Positions 41,666 to 52,702 of a stretch of DNA of 64,000 nucleotides are shown here, one piece after another. The stretch is from the NCBI GenBank assembly GCA_050287085.1, contig JBNKBE010000006.1, positions 106,381 through 170,380 of the forward strand, read 5' to 3'. Numbering within the stretch: position 1 is the first letter of the stretch; each line of letters opens with the position of its first letter. The position numbers and the translations under genes are program-made. The notes under the pieces were generated by a model. That model was not told the origin of the DNA and ran no database searches. It saw only the letters and a list, made by a program, of their open reading frames with translations. The DNA comes from Polyangiaceae bacterium. GTDB taxonomy: Bacteria; Myxococcota_A; Polyangia; Polyangiales; Polyangiaceae.

Positions 41666-43534
41666 GTGAATCAGCTCGCGTCACATTCGGTGTCGGAGGT
41701 GCCAAAGCCGGTTCTGGGCACCGATCTCAAGGCATTGCCCATCACGCCCGAAGACGCCTTCGTGTTGTCAAGAGTCGACGGCAGAGCGTCCGTCCGCGAC
41801 ATCGTGTTGGCCACAGGCCTGACAGCGGATACAGTTCAACGTTGCCTCGAGCATCTTGCGGCGTTGGGTGCGGTGCGCACGTTGCACGGGTTGCCCCCGA
41901 CCGGAAGACCCAGCGCAGAATCTTCCGGTTCCAATGGCGTCGCTGCTCTCGACTCCGCGGCAGCTCTCGTCGTCCCCCCTCCCGGAGCGTCGTTCCTGCG
42001 CGACATAGACGTGAGCAACCCGGCGGCTCTACAGGAGGCGGTGACGCGCATCGCCGGGCAAACGCACTACGAGCTCTTGGGCCTACCGCGAGATGCGGAT
42101 CGAGCAGCGATCAAAGCCGCCTACTTCTCCTTGGTCGGGCGCTTCCACCTCGATCAGTACTACGGTGAAGACCTCCAATCTCGCAAGCCTCTGCTGACAG
42201 CCCTCTTCCAACGCCTCACTGAAGCCCACGACACGCTCAGCCGTAGCCGGCGCCGCGCTGCATACGATGAGCAACTGCCCCCGGCCGAAGGCGGTCTCCG
42301 GCGGGCGACGTCGGAGGGTTCACAGAGCAAGCCTCCCCCCGCTGAACACCAAACAAGAAACCCGCCACCGATGGGCGCCGCCGCCGTGAGCGCAACGCCC
42401 ACCCCGGGCCGCTCCGCGGCGTCACCCAGCGCGCGACCTGGCGCGCGGCCTAGCGCGCCGCCCACTACTGCGCCGCGGCCCAGCGCGCCGCCCACCGCGC
42501 CGCCCAGCGCGCGGCCTACCGCGCCGCCCAGCGCGCGGCCTACGGCGCCGCCCAGCGCGCCACCCGGCGTCGGAACGCGGCCCAGTGTGCGGCCAACCAC
42601 GCCATCGGGTGCCAGCGCCACCTCCCCCCGCGCGACCAATGCTGGAGCGACGTTCGGCCACCCTCGAAATAGCTCGATTCCGGCCCCGCTTGCCGCAAGC
42701 GGGCCAACCGTCCCCGCAGCGACGAACACCCCATCGCGCAACAGCACGACGCTGCGACCGGGCGCCTACCCATCACCGACCTCCAACCTCCAGCACCCAA
42801 GCCTCGTCTCCGGCGCTTCGAATCGGCCACCGGCCAGCGACGGGCCCAGCCGTTTCGTATCCCTCCCCGCGGGCGGCAACGCGGAATCGAACGGCCCGCA
42901 GGTGCCCAATTCGCGCCGCCGCAATCTCGAACGCTCGCTCCGAAGCTCAGGCGCCGCAGCCGCCCTGACATCCGTGCCCGCAGCGTCCTCGACCACGTCC
43001 GAGCCAGCCCTCCCGCCGCCCGGTCATCGCGGCGCCGCCCACTATGTCGCCAGTGCAAAGCGGGCGTCGGCCGAGGGTGATGCGTTGGCCGCCGTGAACG
43101 CGCTGCGCATTGGGCTTTCCCTGGCTCCCGAGGACGAGCGCATCCAGCGACTGCTCGCAGAAGCCCAGGCGCGAGCTGAGCGAACGCACGCCGAGCACTA
43201 CCTCGAGCGAGCGCGGGAACGGGAGCGGGCGGGACAGTCACAAGATGCCTTCCGACTCTACTTGAAGGCGGCGCGGGGCAAAGCGAACGCCAGTCTCTTC
43301 GCCCATGCAGCCGAATTGGGCTACTCAATGGGCCACAATCTCAAAGAGACGAGCCATGCTGCACGACGTGCCGTGGAGCTGGACCCCACCAATCCGCATT
43401 TGCGTCTTCTCCTCGGACGCATCTATGCTGCAGCCGGGATGCAGGCTAGTGCGTCGTCGGAATTCGACAAAGCCCTTGAACTAGCACCAACAGACAAAGA
43501 CCTTGTGGCTCGTGTGAAGGCCGCACGCCAGTAG
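41666..43534 (+). CDS. J-domain/TPR protein with N-terminal winged-helix-like domain
   Basis: HYELLGL...IKAAY...FHLD...RRAAYD; Pro-rich linker; C-terminal TPRs. Confidence 0.88.
   Translation: MNQLASHSVSEVPKPVLGTDLKALPITPEDAFVLSRVDGRASVRDIVLATGLTADTVQRCLEHLAALGAVRTLHGLPPTGRPSAESSGSNGVAALDSAAALVVPPPGASFLRDIDVSNPAALQEAVTRIAGQTHYELLGLPRDADRAAIKAAYFSLVGRFHLDQYYGEDLQSRKPLLTALFQRLTEAHDTLSRSRRRAAYDEQLPPAEGGLRRATSEGSQSKPPPAEHQTRNPPPMGAAAVSATPTPGRSAASPSARPGARPSAPPTTAPRPSAPPTAPPSARPTAPPSARPTAPPSAPPGVGTRPSVRPTTPSGASATSPRATNAGATFGHPRNSSIPAPLAASGPTVPAATNTPSRNSTTLRPGAYPSPTSNLQHPSLVSGASNRPPASDGPSRFVSLPAGGNAESNGPQVPNSRRRNLERSLRSSGAAAALTSVPAASSTTSEPALPPPGHRGAAHYVASAKRASAEGDALAAVNALRIGLSLAPEDERIQRLLAEAQARAERTHAEHYLERARERERAGQSQDAFRLYLKAARGKANASLFAHAAELGYSMGHNLKETSHAARRAVELDPTNPHLRLLLGRIYAAAGMQASASSEFDKALELAPTDKDLVARVKAARQ
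42494..42560 (+). repeat. 24-bp coding tandem repeat (TAPPSARP)
   Basis: ACCGCGCCGCCCAGCGCGCGGCCT x2 plus a partial copy. Confidence 0.85.
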
Positions 43535-43545
43535 ACTTCGGGAGC

Positions 43546-45375
43546 ATGATGGACCGCGTAATCGGGATAGATCTCGGCACAACGAACTGCTGTGTCAGCG
43601 TGTTGGGGGACGACGGACCCATCGTCATCCCTAATAAGGGGGGCTATAAGACGACTCCCAGTATGGTCGCGGTCACGCAAGCCGGAAAACGGCTCGTTGG
43701 CCACATTGCGAAACGTCAAGCGATCACCAATGCCGAAAACACCGTCTACGCGGCCAAACGTTTGATCGGGCGCAAGTGGGGTAGCCGTCAGGTCGAAAAC
43801 GCCCGCCTCACCGCGAGTTATTCAGTCGTCGAAGGCCCCCACGACGATGTGCGCATTCAACTCCGCGAGCGGAGCTATTCCGTTCCCGAAGTCAGCTCCA
43901 TGCTCCTGCAAGAGATGAAAATCATCGCGGAGGATTTCCTAGGCGTGCCAGCGGAACGCGCCGTCATCACGGTACCGGCGTATTTCAACGATAATCAACG
44001 CCAGGCCACCAAAGACGCTGGTCAAATCGCCGGACTCGATGTCATTCGCATCATCAACGAGCCCACGGCGGCCGCGCTCGCTTTCGGGCACGGCAAGCAA
44101 TTGAATCAGACCGTGGCGGTCTACGATCTGGGGGGAGGCACCTTCGATGTATCCGTCTTGGAAATCGGTTCCAACTCGGTGTTCAAGGTCATCGCCACGA
44201 CTGGAGATACGTTCCTCGGCGGAGAAGACTTCGATGCCCGCGTGCTCGATTGGTTGGTCGATGACTTCAAGCGCGAACATCACATCGATCTGAAGCAGGA
44301 TCGGATGGCACTCCAGCGGCTCAAGGACGCCGCCGAGAAGGCCAAATGCGAGCTCTCCAGCGTGAGCGAAGCGGAGATCAATCTGCCCTTCATCATCTCG
44401 ACTGGACGCAACGAAGCCCTGCACTTGCAGAAGTCCATTTCGCGTTCGCAGTTGGAATCGTTGACGTTGGATCTCGTGGAGCGCACTGTTGAAATCTGCC
44501 GAGATGCCCTGAAAGACGCCAGCCTGGACGTGGACGACATCGACGACGTCCTGCTGGTCGGAGGTATGACGCGAATGCCTGCGATTCGCACCGCGGTGAG
44601 TGACTTCTTCAAGCGGCGCCCCAATCAAGGTGTGCATCCGGATGAAGTCGTCGCCTTGGGAGCCGCCATTCAGGGCGCCGCTCTCACGGATCGCAAGAAG
44701 CATCAGATGCTGCTCCTGGACGTCACTCCACACGCTTTGGGTATCATGACTGCGGGGCGTCACTTCGAAGAAGTCATCGCTCAGAACACGACCGTTCCGA
44801 CCCACAGCAGCAAGGTGTTTACTACCAGCCGAGACAATCAGACGACCGTCAAGATCTTGGTGATGCAAGGGGAGAGCACTCACGCTCGTGACAACGAACT
44901 ACTTGGCGAGTTCAACCTGACCGGGCTTCGCCAGGCGGCCCGAGGTGAGGTTGAGGTCGAAGTCACCTTCTCCATCGATACGGACGGTATAGTGAGCGTC
45001 AGCGCCAAAGACCTAGAGACTGGGCAAGCTCAGTCGATTCAGGTGACAGCATCCAGCGGGCTCACTGAGCAAGAGGTGTCTCAGATGATCGAGGGCGCCA
45101 AGGAATACCTCGTGGAGCGGCGCGCCGACGAGGAGCTTGAACAGGTGCGGCAAGAGGTTGAAACCTTGTCGGCCGAAATCAATCAGTTGCTGCCTCGAGT
45201 CGAAGATTTGGTCGGGCAGAGTGAATTCGGTCGTGATGCGGTGAGCAAGGCCCGCGAAGTCCTGCTTCGAGCCGGTGAGGCGCTCGACAGCGGCGATGTC
45301 GCCAGTGTCCGAGTCGAGCTTGAGTCCCTGGAGCGGACGCGTCGAATGTTCCGAGGCGTGGTCGGGAGTTCTTGA
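43546..45375 (+). CDS. dnaK: Hsp70/DnaK paralog
   Basis: [39 protein letters not shown]; short C-terminus without the usual flexible tail. Confidence 0.93.
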   Translation: MMDRVIGIDLGTTNCCVSVLGDDGPIVIPNKGGYKTTPSMVAVTQAGKRLVGHIAKRQAITNAENTVYAAKRLIGRKWGSRQVENARLTASYSVVEGPHDDVRIQLRERSYSVPEVSSMLLQEMKIIAEDFLGVPAERAVITVPAYFNDNQRQATKDAGQIAGLDVIRIINEPTAAALAFGHGKQLNQTVAVYDLGGGTFDVSVLEIGSNSVFKVIATTGDTFLGGEDFDARVLDWLVDDFKREHHIDLKQDRMALQRLKDAAEKAKCELSSVSEAEINLPFIISTGRNEALHLQKSISRSQLESLTLDLVERTVEICRDALKDASLDVDDIDDVLLVGGMTRMPAIRTAVSDFFKRRPNQGVHPDEVVALGAAIQGAALTDRKKHQMLLLDVTPHALGIMTAGRHFEEVIAQNTTVPTHSSKVFTTSRDNQTTVKILVMQGESTHARDNELLGEFNLTGLRQAARGEVEVEVTFSIDTDGIVSVSAKDLETGQAQSIQVTASSGLTEQEVSQMIEGAKEYLVERRADEELEQVRQEVETLSAEINQLLPRVEDLVGQSEFGRDAVSKAREVLLRAGEALDSGDVASVRVELESLERTRRMFRGVVGSS

Positions 45376-46368
45376 GTGGGATTGGGGGACCTCTTCAAGC
45401 GCGGCAACCTATTGCCGAAGCGCGAGCAGGCAGGCGGTGAGGATCCCCGCAATGAGGGCCAAGGCGCGCAAGACGACAGCGTTTTCGACCGAACCACTGT
45501 GATCCCCGAGCCACCTCAAGCTGAGGAGAATGTGACCGTCGAGGACGTCTTGGACTCCGCGAGCTCGGGCAGTGTTGAGGTCCCCAGCGCCTCGAGCTCC
45601 AAGCGCTCCGACGAACGCGTAGGAACCGGAACCAAGCCATCGCCGGGCATGGGCGATGAGGAGGAAACGGTCGTCAACCGCAACCTATTCGACCTGATAA
45701 CGCTGCAGCCGGCTCCCCTCGATGCCGAGGCGCTCGAGTTCGAAACCCATGCCTGGCCGGGGGAAACTGAGGCAGAGCCGCTGCTTGAAAGCGGTCACCC
45801 ACTCTCGTCGTCGGCGACGCTAGATCTGTCGCCTCACGCCATCTCGCAGCTTGCCGGAGGCGATGAACTGGAGGCTGAAAGCATAGAGCTTGCGGCCAAT
45901 AGCGCGCTCGCATTCGTCGACGAAACGGACGCGATGTCGGAGCCCCGCTGGGAAGGTGACGAGAGCTGCGAATCGGAACGAGAAACCCCCGTGCCCAGGG
46001 TCTCGTCGAGCCCCTTGTCAGATCTATACGCGGTCGGGGATTTCACGGGCGCTTTGCGCAGCGCGGAAGCCCGGCTAGCCGCCGATCCAGACGACGCCGA
46101 GGCCAGCAGATACGCGGCTCGCTGCCGGGACGTATTGACCCAGATGTACCTATCGAGACTCGGCGACCTGCGTCGCCCGGTGCGCCTGCTGGTGCCCCCC
46201 TCAAAGCTCAAGTGGCTATCGATCGATCACAAGGCGGGCTTTGTCATCAGCCTGATCGACGGTACGAGCAGCGTGGAGGACGTCCTGGATCTATGCGCGA
46301 TGCCAAACGTCGAAGCGATGCGAATCATGGTCGAGCTACTGGAAAAAGAGGTCGTAGCCTTCGGCTAG
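45376..46368 (+). CDS. Hypothetical acidic protein with C-terminal winged-helix-like domain
   Basis: Abuts the dnaK stop; C-terminal IDHKAGFVISLIDGTSSVEDVLD. Confidence 0.75.
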   Translation: MGLGDLFKRGNLLPKREQAGGEDPRNEGQGAQDDSVFDRTTVIPEPPQAEENVTVEDVLDSASSGSVEVPSASSSKRSDERVGTGTKPSPGMGDEEETVVNRNLFDLITLQPAPLDAEALEFETHAWPGETEAEPLLESGHPLSSSATLDLSPHAISQLAGGDELEAESIELAANSALAFVDETDAMSEPRWEGDESCESERETPVPRVSSSPLSDLYAVGDFTGALRSAEARLAADPDDAEASRYAARCRDVLTQMYLSRLGDLRRPVRLLVPPSKLKWLSIDHKAGFVISLIDGTSSVEDVLDLCAMPNVEAMRIMVELLEKEVVAFG

Positions 46369-46413
46369 ACGAAAGCGCCGTGCCTTGTTGCATACCTTGA
46401 ACGGCCGTATTGG

Positions 46414-48247
46414 GATGGCCACCAATAGGCGACCAGTGCCTCATCGGGTCACCTGGGCCGCGGTCGCTGCAAGCTTACTCTTCCCGGTCAATGCGCTTGG
46501 GGAAGAGGCCGCAAATCCCCGCTACGAGATATGGGCACGTCTGGATGCCAGCGCCCACATCGTGGAGGGGCGGTCGAAGGTTACCGTTGTCAACCATTCA
46601 AGTCGGCCCCTGGTGCACCTCGAGTGGCAGCTCTACCTCAATGCGTTTAGTGAAGGAAGCTCGTACAGCAAGTCTCCCATAGGCGAGGCGTTGCACGCGC
46701 AGATGCGCCAAAGCGGCGCGCTGACGGTGCATGCCATGAATGTGCAAGGCGTTGATATCTGGGCAACAGCGGACCCCGTCGTTGCTGGGGACTGGACGTT
46801 GGTCGGCGTCACGCTGCCTCAACCCTTACCTTCTGGAGCCCACGCCGACGTCGAAGTCGAATGGACCGCTGAGCTACCCTCATTGGTGCAGCGCACTGGC
46901 TTCGCATCGGACTTCCACTTCGTCGGCCAATGGTACCCCAAGCTCGCCAAGCTCGAATCAAACGGCACCTTTGCCGGCGCGGCATTTCACCCGCTGGCGG
47001 AGTTCTACGCCGACTACGCAGACTACCGTGTCACACTCGACACACCTGAGGCGGAGCGCGTAGGAGCCAGCGGCACTTTGACGCGAGAGCAGGTCCTCGA
47101 AGGACGCAAACTGAGCACCTTCGAACTTTCGCGCGCACTCGACTTTGCCTGGAGCGCATGGCCACGCTTCTCCCAACTCTCCACCCGCCTGGGCGGTATC
47201 CACGTGCAGGTGCTGTACCCACCAGGGCATAGTGCGAACGCGAAGGAAACACTATCTACTCTCGCTCAGGCGCTGCCCTACTTTGCCTCGCGTTATGGCC
47301 CCTACCCCTACCCAAACCTCACGGTCGTGCATCCTCCCCTCTGGGCGAACGCGGCTGGGGGGATGGAGTACCCGACTCTGATCACCACCGGCGGCTCCTG
47401 GCGAAGCGCTTGGCTCAACGTAGATGTCCCGACCGTGACAGTCCACGAGCTAGCTCACCAATGGTTTTACGGACTGGTTGCGAGCGACGAACGGCGCTAC
47501 CCCTTCCTGGATGAAGGGCTTGCTTCCTACGCCGAGTACAACTTCTTGACCACCCATGCGATAGCAACAAGGCTGCTTGGATTGAGACTTCCCCCGTTTG
47601 CCAAGGCGCGGATGCTCTATGGGGTAAGAGCTCACCTACCACTGGCAACGGCCGCAGCAGAGTTATCCAGCCTCGACGAGCTAGCGGTCACAGCCTATCA
47701 CCGACCAGCACTGCTCCTCGAGACACTCGCGCGAACTTACGGACGCGCCGGTGTAGACGGGGCGCTCCAGATGTACGCGCGTGAACAGCGTTTCAAACAC
47801 GCAACGCCGGAGTCCTTGGCTCGAGCTCTACAACACCACCTCGGCGAGGACGCAGCGGAGCTCTTCCGCGCTGTTGCATTCGAGGAAAGCGCCCTCGACT
47901 ACCGCGTTTCCGAGGTGCTCCAGCAAGCGTGCGTCGCCGGCGATTGTGGCCACTCCCGGGTCCTAGTAGAGCGCAGCGGTGGCCTTCCACTCCCCATCGA
48001 CGTGCTGGTCATCGAAGACTCGGGCGACCGTCACCACTTCGCTTTGGATGGGCGACAGGTGCGCTACGAACTCACCGTGACAACCCGATCCCCCATCGCG
48101 AGTGCGCAGCTGGACCCCGCGCGTCATAACTTGCTCGATGACGACCTGCTCAACAACACCTGGCGTCGCTCCCCGGAGCCGGCTCAGCGCACGCGCGCGT
48201 GGCTGACCGCACTATGCGCCCTATTTCTAGCCATTTTGGCTCCCTAA
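46414..48247 (+). CDS. M1 family metallopeptidase, exported
   Basis: GGMEYP, HELAHQWF...LDEG; signal peptide; C-terminal hydrophobic tail. Confidence 0.93.
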
Positions 48248-49155
48248 ACGGAGGACCCAGGCGACCCCTCGATTCCGGCGCCCCCCAGAACTCAATCCGC
48301 TATCGTGGGCCGGTGCTCTCTCTGCCTCTCATGCTGCCCGCGGCTCTTTACATCGCCATCAGCGTGGCCGGCAGCTGGCTCGCCGCCAGCGCCTACCTCT
48401 CAACGGTCGTTGACGCGCTCGGTCCCAACGCCGCGAGCGACGAGTTGTTCTCCCCAGATGGTCTTGTCCTCGTGGAATTGCTCAACCATGGAGTGCCGAC
48501 CTTGACCGACGCCGGGGTGTACGCGCACCTCTGGCTCTTTGCGAGCGCATTGCTTTCGCTTGCGCCGCTCGACAAATACCTACGCCTTGCCCCAGTCGGA
48601 CGCCGGAATCACTGGGGCGAAGCCTGGGCTTCGCGCTCGTTCATCTGGTTGCTGACTACGGGCCTAGGATTGCTGCTCGCATTCCTGGGCGTGGTATTTG
48701 CCCGCGGCTCGTCGTCACTCTTCGCACCCACGCTGGCCGCCCCATGGCCTGACATCCTGGCTCTCGCCCTCGCCCTTCCACTTGCTCTCGCGAGCCTGTT
48801 GCTGGCAGTGCTCGGCGCCCTCAGCCAAGCGTCGTACGGCGCGCAGAACTCGGTCTACGCGGCCTTCCGCACGGCGCTCGCGACATGGGCACACGCGCCA
48901 CTCAAGCGCTCGCTCGAATGGCTTGCGTTTCGACTGCTGGGGGTTCTGCTCGTTGCAGTAGCCCTACGCGCCAGCCTGGTCGGGGCCCGGGCTCCCGCAG
49001 CGCATGCTGTGCTGGCAAGCGCCTTGGCCGCGTGCGTTCGCCTTGGCTACTGGCACGTCTGCAAACGCCGGCTCATGCGGCCTGGCGCACGGTCGTTCGA
49101 TACAGCTTCTCGTAGCGCCGCGCCGCACGATCCCATCCCAGATCCAGACGCATGA
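48199..49155 (+). CDS. Hypothetical multi-pass membrane protein; start uncertain
   Basis: Several hydrophobic helices; follows the M1 peptidase; 3' end overlaps the glgA-like gene. Confidence 0.6.
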   Translation: MADRTMRPISSHFGSLNGGPRRPLDSGAPQNSIRYRGPVLSLPLMLPAALYIAISVAGSWLAASAYLSTVVDALGPNAASDELFSPDGLVLVELLNHGVPTLTDAGVYAHLWLFASALLSLAPLDKYLRLAPVGRRNHWGEAWASRSFIWLLTTGLGLLLAFLGVVFARGSSSLFAPTLAAPWPDILALALALPLALASLLLAVLGALSQASYGAQNSVYAAFRTALATWAHAPLKRSLEWLAFRLLGVLLVAVALRASLVGARAPAAHAVLASALAACVRLGYWHVCKRRLMRPGARSFDTASRSAAPHDPIPDPDA

Positions 49156-50512
49156 CCCGACGTCGCAGCTTGCCCCAACCGGGTCTAGTGCAAGCCGACA
49201 GCGCGCGCGCAACCGCACCATACACGGCATCAGAAGACTCCTCGTCAAAGAGGAAGCCGGTGCCGGTGCTAAGATCCGCGCTGCAGTCTACAATGGCGTC
49301 GCAAGCGGCCGGGGTTGCATAGGCAACCGGAACTGCGCCGTAGCGCTGTGCCGCGAAGATCGCAGGAGAGGTCCACCGCTCGGTGCTAGCGCATAGGGCG
49401 ATGTCCGCGGCGGCTAGAGCTCGGCGACGATCCGCCGCTGCATCGCTTGGGATGTAGCGAAAGCCCGGAAGCTTTCGAAGCTTGGCCGCGGAAAGCTGCC
49501 GTTCGACCGCCTTGGAGCCGGTGCCGACGACGACACAGTGCGCCCCATTTTCGATGAATTTGGGGATCAACGACGGCAGCCATGAGGCCCCCGAGCCCTT
49601 GTCGAGCCCGTCAGCAAAGACCAGTAGGGGTCGCTCAGGATCCAGGTCAATGCCCAGTTCACGGAGCCAAGCCGCTTTGCAGCGCCCCTTGTCCTGGGGT
49701 GCCTCTGCGTCGAAGCGGACCGGGATCGCGGCGTCGGTCGCTGGATTGAAAACGGCGTAGTCGATGCCCCCCGCGATCCCTAGGACCGAAAGCGAAGCTT
49801 CCTTGAGCGCGGCACCAAAGGCCCCTGTAAGCTCGAGCTCCAGCATCGACGTGGCGTAGCTTGCCGACTGCGTGGTCACCCAATCCGCAGACAACATGCC
49901 CCCTTTGAGCAGATTGCCACGATTGCCAAGCCGGTAGCGCTGCCGGGTCGCCGGCTCATCCGGAATGCCAAAAAGGGACAAGTCCTTGAGTATTACCCCG
50001 CCCTGCTGCTCAGCGTTGTAGACCGTCAGGACGGTGGGAAGCGCGGTCAAGACGGGCAGCGCCGCCGCAGCCCAACCGTGCGCATGGACGACGTGGTAGG
50101 GCGAGCCCTCCGCTTCTGCCTGGGCCGCAAGCGCCGATGCGGCTTGGCAAAGCGTGCCCATGCGAGCCTTGTTGTCCGGGTATTCCTTACCCCCGTCTCC
50201 ATAAGCGCCACTCCGGCTCTCCAACGACGGCGACTCGAAGAGCGTAACCCGGACTCCCGACGGGAGCTGGCCGTCAAAAAGCACGACTTCTTCGCCGCTT
50301 GGCAATACGAGCGGCGTCAGCCTACGCGCGAAGAGCAGGCCCGCATCCGAGAAACCAGTCCCGTTGGGAGCGGCCAGCGTCACGCTATGCCCAAGCTCGG
50401 TCAGAGCGCGGCTCAATGCCGTCACGGAAGCGCCCAACCCACCGTCGCGTGGTCCGCCGGAGCTGTCTACCAGGTAGGGGGCTACTTCGGGGCTAACCAT
50501 GAGAATATCCAT
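49073..50512 (-). CDS. glgA: Glycogen/starch synthase-like GT5 protein, degenerate active site
   Basis: MDILMVSPEVAP, GGL, LGH.V, GID...NPATD, RYGAVP, TGFLF, W...A.RY. Confidence 0.8.
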   Translation of the reverse strand: MDILMVSPEVAPYLVDSSGGPRDGGLGASVTALSRALTELGHSVTLAAPNGTGFSDAGLLFARRLTPLVLPSGEEVVLFDGQLPSGVRVTLFESPSLESRSGAYGDGGKEYPDNKARMGTLCQAASALAAQAEAEGSPYHVVHAHGWAAAALPVLTALPTVLTVYNAEQQGGVILKDLSLFGIPDEPATRQRYRLGNRGNLLKGGMLSADWVTTQSASYATSMLELELTGAFGAALKEASLSVLGIAGGIDYAVFNPATDAAIPVRFDAEAPQDKGRCKAAWLRELGIDLDPERPLLVFADGLDKGSGASWLPSLIPKFIENGAHCVVVGTGSKAVERQLSAAKLRKLPGFRYIPSDAAADRRRALAAADIALCASTERWTSPAIFAAQRYGAVPVAYATPAACDAIVDCSADLSTGTGFLFDEESSDAVYGAVARALSACTRPGWGKLRRRVMRLDLGWDRAARRYEKLYRTTVRQAA

Positions 50513-50710
50513 CGGGCGCTCGTGTAGCACGAAGCCGTCCGGGCTTGTAGCATGAGTTCCTGCTCGCCCGCGGGAGCGGCCCCAGGAGCCCCACCGGCGC
50601 CGGCCACGCTTCGGACGAAGACCCAATGCCGGACGCCCCCGATGGACGGGCCGATCGCGGGCGGCAGAGATCCGCTCGACGAGGCATGCTGAGACGGATA
50701 AGTTCCGGCC

Positions 50711-51604
50711 ATGTACGACCCTGCCGACAAGGCCGCCATTCTGCACGAGGCGCTCCCTTACATCCGGCGTTTCCGCGGCAAGACCTTCGTCGTGAAGTAC
50801 GGCGGACACGCCATGGTGGACGAAGAGCTCAAGAGCAGCTTTGCGCGGGACATCTGCTTGCTGCACTACGTGGGGATCCGCGTAGTGGTGGTGCACGGCG
50901 GCGGCCCGCAGATCAATAACACCCTGGACCGCCTCGGGATCCAAGCCGAATTCCGTCAGGGCCTGAGGGTCACCGACGACGAAACCATGCGTGTCGTGGA
51001 GATGGTGTTGGCAGGAAGCGTCAATTCGGAAATCGTAGGCCAAATATGCGCGCAAGGCGGACGCGCCCTCGGGCTCTCGGGGCGCGATGACTCGTTTCTC
51101 CAGGCTCGGCCCATGCGGGTTGCACACAGCACGGCAGACGGTGATGTGATGATCGATCTTGGCCGAGTGGGTGAGGTGACAAAGGTTGAACCGAAGCTGC
51201 TTTCCGACTTGGCGGCCAACGGCTTCGTGCCCGTGATTGCCCCCGTAGGCGTCGACGAGCGCGGCGAGCCCCTGAACGTCAACGCCGATCTAGCGGCGGC
51301 GGCCGTCGCAAAGGCCTTGCACGCCTCCAAGTTGGTGTTGATGACCGACGTAAGCGGAGTCAAAGATGCCGCAGGCCAGCACCTGCCGTCGCTCGACGAC
51401 GCCGAAGCCAAACGTCTCATTGCCGACGGCACCATCTCGGGGGGGATGATTCCGAAGGTGGATTGCGCCCTCGATGCGGTGCTCGGCGGCGTCGAGAAGG
51501 TACACATCATCGACGGTCGCCAGCGCCACGCGCTGCTCCTCGAGATATTCACCGACCGCGGTGTGGGCACGGAGATTCACGGCCACAGCACCGTGGGCGA
51601 ATAG
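50711..51604 (+). CDS. argB: Acetylglutamate kinase
   Basis: VVKYGG, VHGGGPQI, GLRVTD, NVNAD, GGMIPK. Confidence 0.97.
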   Translation: MYDPADKAAILHEALPYIRRFRGKTFVVKYGGHAMVDEELKSSFARDICLLHYVGIRVVVVHGGGPQINNTLDRLGIQAEFRQGLRVTDDETMRVVEMVLAGSVNSEIVGQICAQGGRALGLSGRDDSFLQARPMRVAHSTADGDVMIDLGRVGEVTKVEPKLLSDLAANGFVPVIAPVGVDERGEPLNVNADLAAAAVAKALHASKLVLMTDVSGVKDAAGQHLPSLDDAEAKRLIADGTISGGMIPKVDCALDAVLGGVEKVHIIDGRQRHALLLEIFTDRGVGTEIHGHSTVGE

Positions 51605-51617
51605 GCGTGACGCACTG

Positions 51618-52670
51618 ATGGCGGACAAGATCCGCTGGCTCGAAGCCGAACTCCCACGCCCCCGCGAACTGGATCCCCGTACGACGGCCCGGACGCTCCG
51701 AGTCGCCCCGGAGCTGGCCGGAACCCGTCTGGACGTCTTCCTGAAGCTCATGCTGCGCCACACCAGTCGAACGCAGGCCAAGAAGATCGCGCGCTTCGGT
51801 GCCTACTCCCCGGAGGGCAGCAAGCTGCGCCCAAACCAGCGCCTGCGAGCGGAACAACACGTTGTCCTGTGGCGTGTTCCGGTGGACGAGCTCGACCCGG
51901 ACTTGGAACTCCCCGCAGTCTACGAGGACGACGATCTCTTGGTGATCAACAAGCCTCCGGGACTGACCGTCCATCCCACCGCAAGCCACTATCACCGCAC
52001 GGTCACGCGTATCCTGGAAGCCCAACGCCCCGAGCTGCAGGTGAGCCTGGTCCATCGTCTGGACCAGGATACCAGCGGCATTCTATTGATCGCCAAACAC
52101 ACGGCGGCAGATCGCGCCTTCAAGATGCTGCTGGAAGGAACATTGCGCCTGCCGGCTGACTGCGCGACGCCGCTCCGCAAAACCTACCGGGCTATCACTT
52201 GGGGACGCCCGCCGGAGGGGTTGTGTCAGCTGCCGCTCGAACGGGACGTGGACAATCCGCTGCGCGTCAAGATGCAGGTCGCGAAGCCCAACACCGGGCT
52301 CGAGGCCTTGACTCAAATCACGGTCGTCGCCCAACGTGGGCGCTACTGCTTGGTGGAATGCGGGCTCCTTACCGGTCGTCAGCATCAGATCCGCGTGCAT
52401 CTTGCGGCGCTTGGGACGCCGGTTGTGGGTGATAGACTCTACGGCCCAGACGAACGACTGCACGCCCGAGGCGCGGATGGGGAACTCACTGATGCTGACC
52501 GTGCGCTCCTGGAGCTGCCCAGGCAAGCACTACACGCCCACCGCTACGAGTTGCCACACGCCCTCACCTTCGCGCCACTCGATCTCCGAGCGCCCCTCGC
52601 TTCCGACATGGTCGATTTCTGGGAATCAAAGGCCGAACTCGCGGACTGCGACGACGTGCCCAACCCTTGA
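51618..52670 (+). CDS. RluA-family pseudouridine synthase
   Basis: NKPPG, HRLDQDTSG, TGRQHQIRVH, GD.LY. Confidence 0.94.
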   Translation: MADKIRWLEAELPRPRELDPRTTARTLRVAPELAGTRLDVFLKLMLRHTSRTQAKKIARFGAYSPEGSKLRPNQRLRAEQHVVLWRVPVDELDPDLELPAVYEDDDLLVINKPPGLTVHPTASHYHRTVTRILEAQRPELQVSLVHRLDQDTSGILLIAKHTAADRAFKMLLEGTLRLPADCATPLRKTYRAITWGRPPEGLCQLPLERDVDNPLRVKMQVAKPNTGLEALTQITVVAQRGRYCLVECGLLTGRQHQIRVHLAALGTPVVGDRLYGPDERLHARGADGELTDADRALLELPRQALHAHRYELPHALTFAPLDLRAPLASDMVDFWESKAELADCDDVPNP

Positions 52671-52702
52671 CCGAATGGCGACTTGCCGGTACCTCGTCGG
52701 CC

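Noticed and set aside
50513..51127. 205-aa N-terminal extension of the glgA-like ORF
   Set aside because: Antisense shadow of argB; GT5 homology begins at MDILMV (50512).
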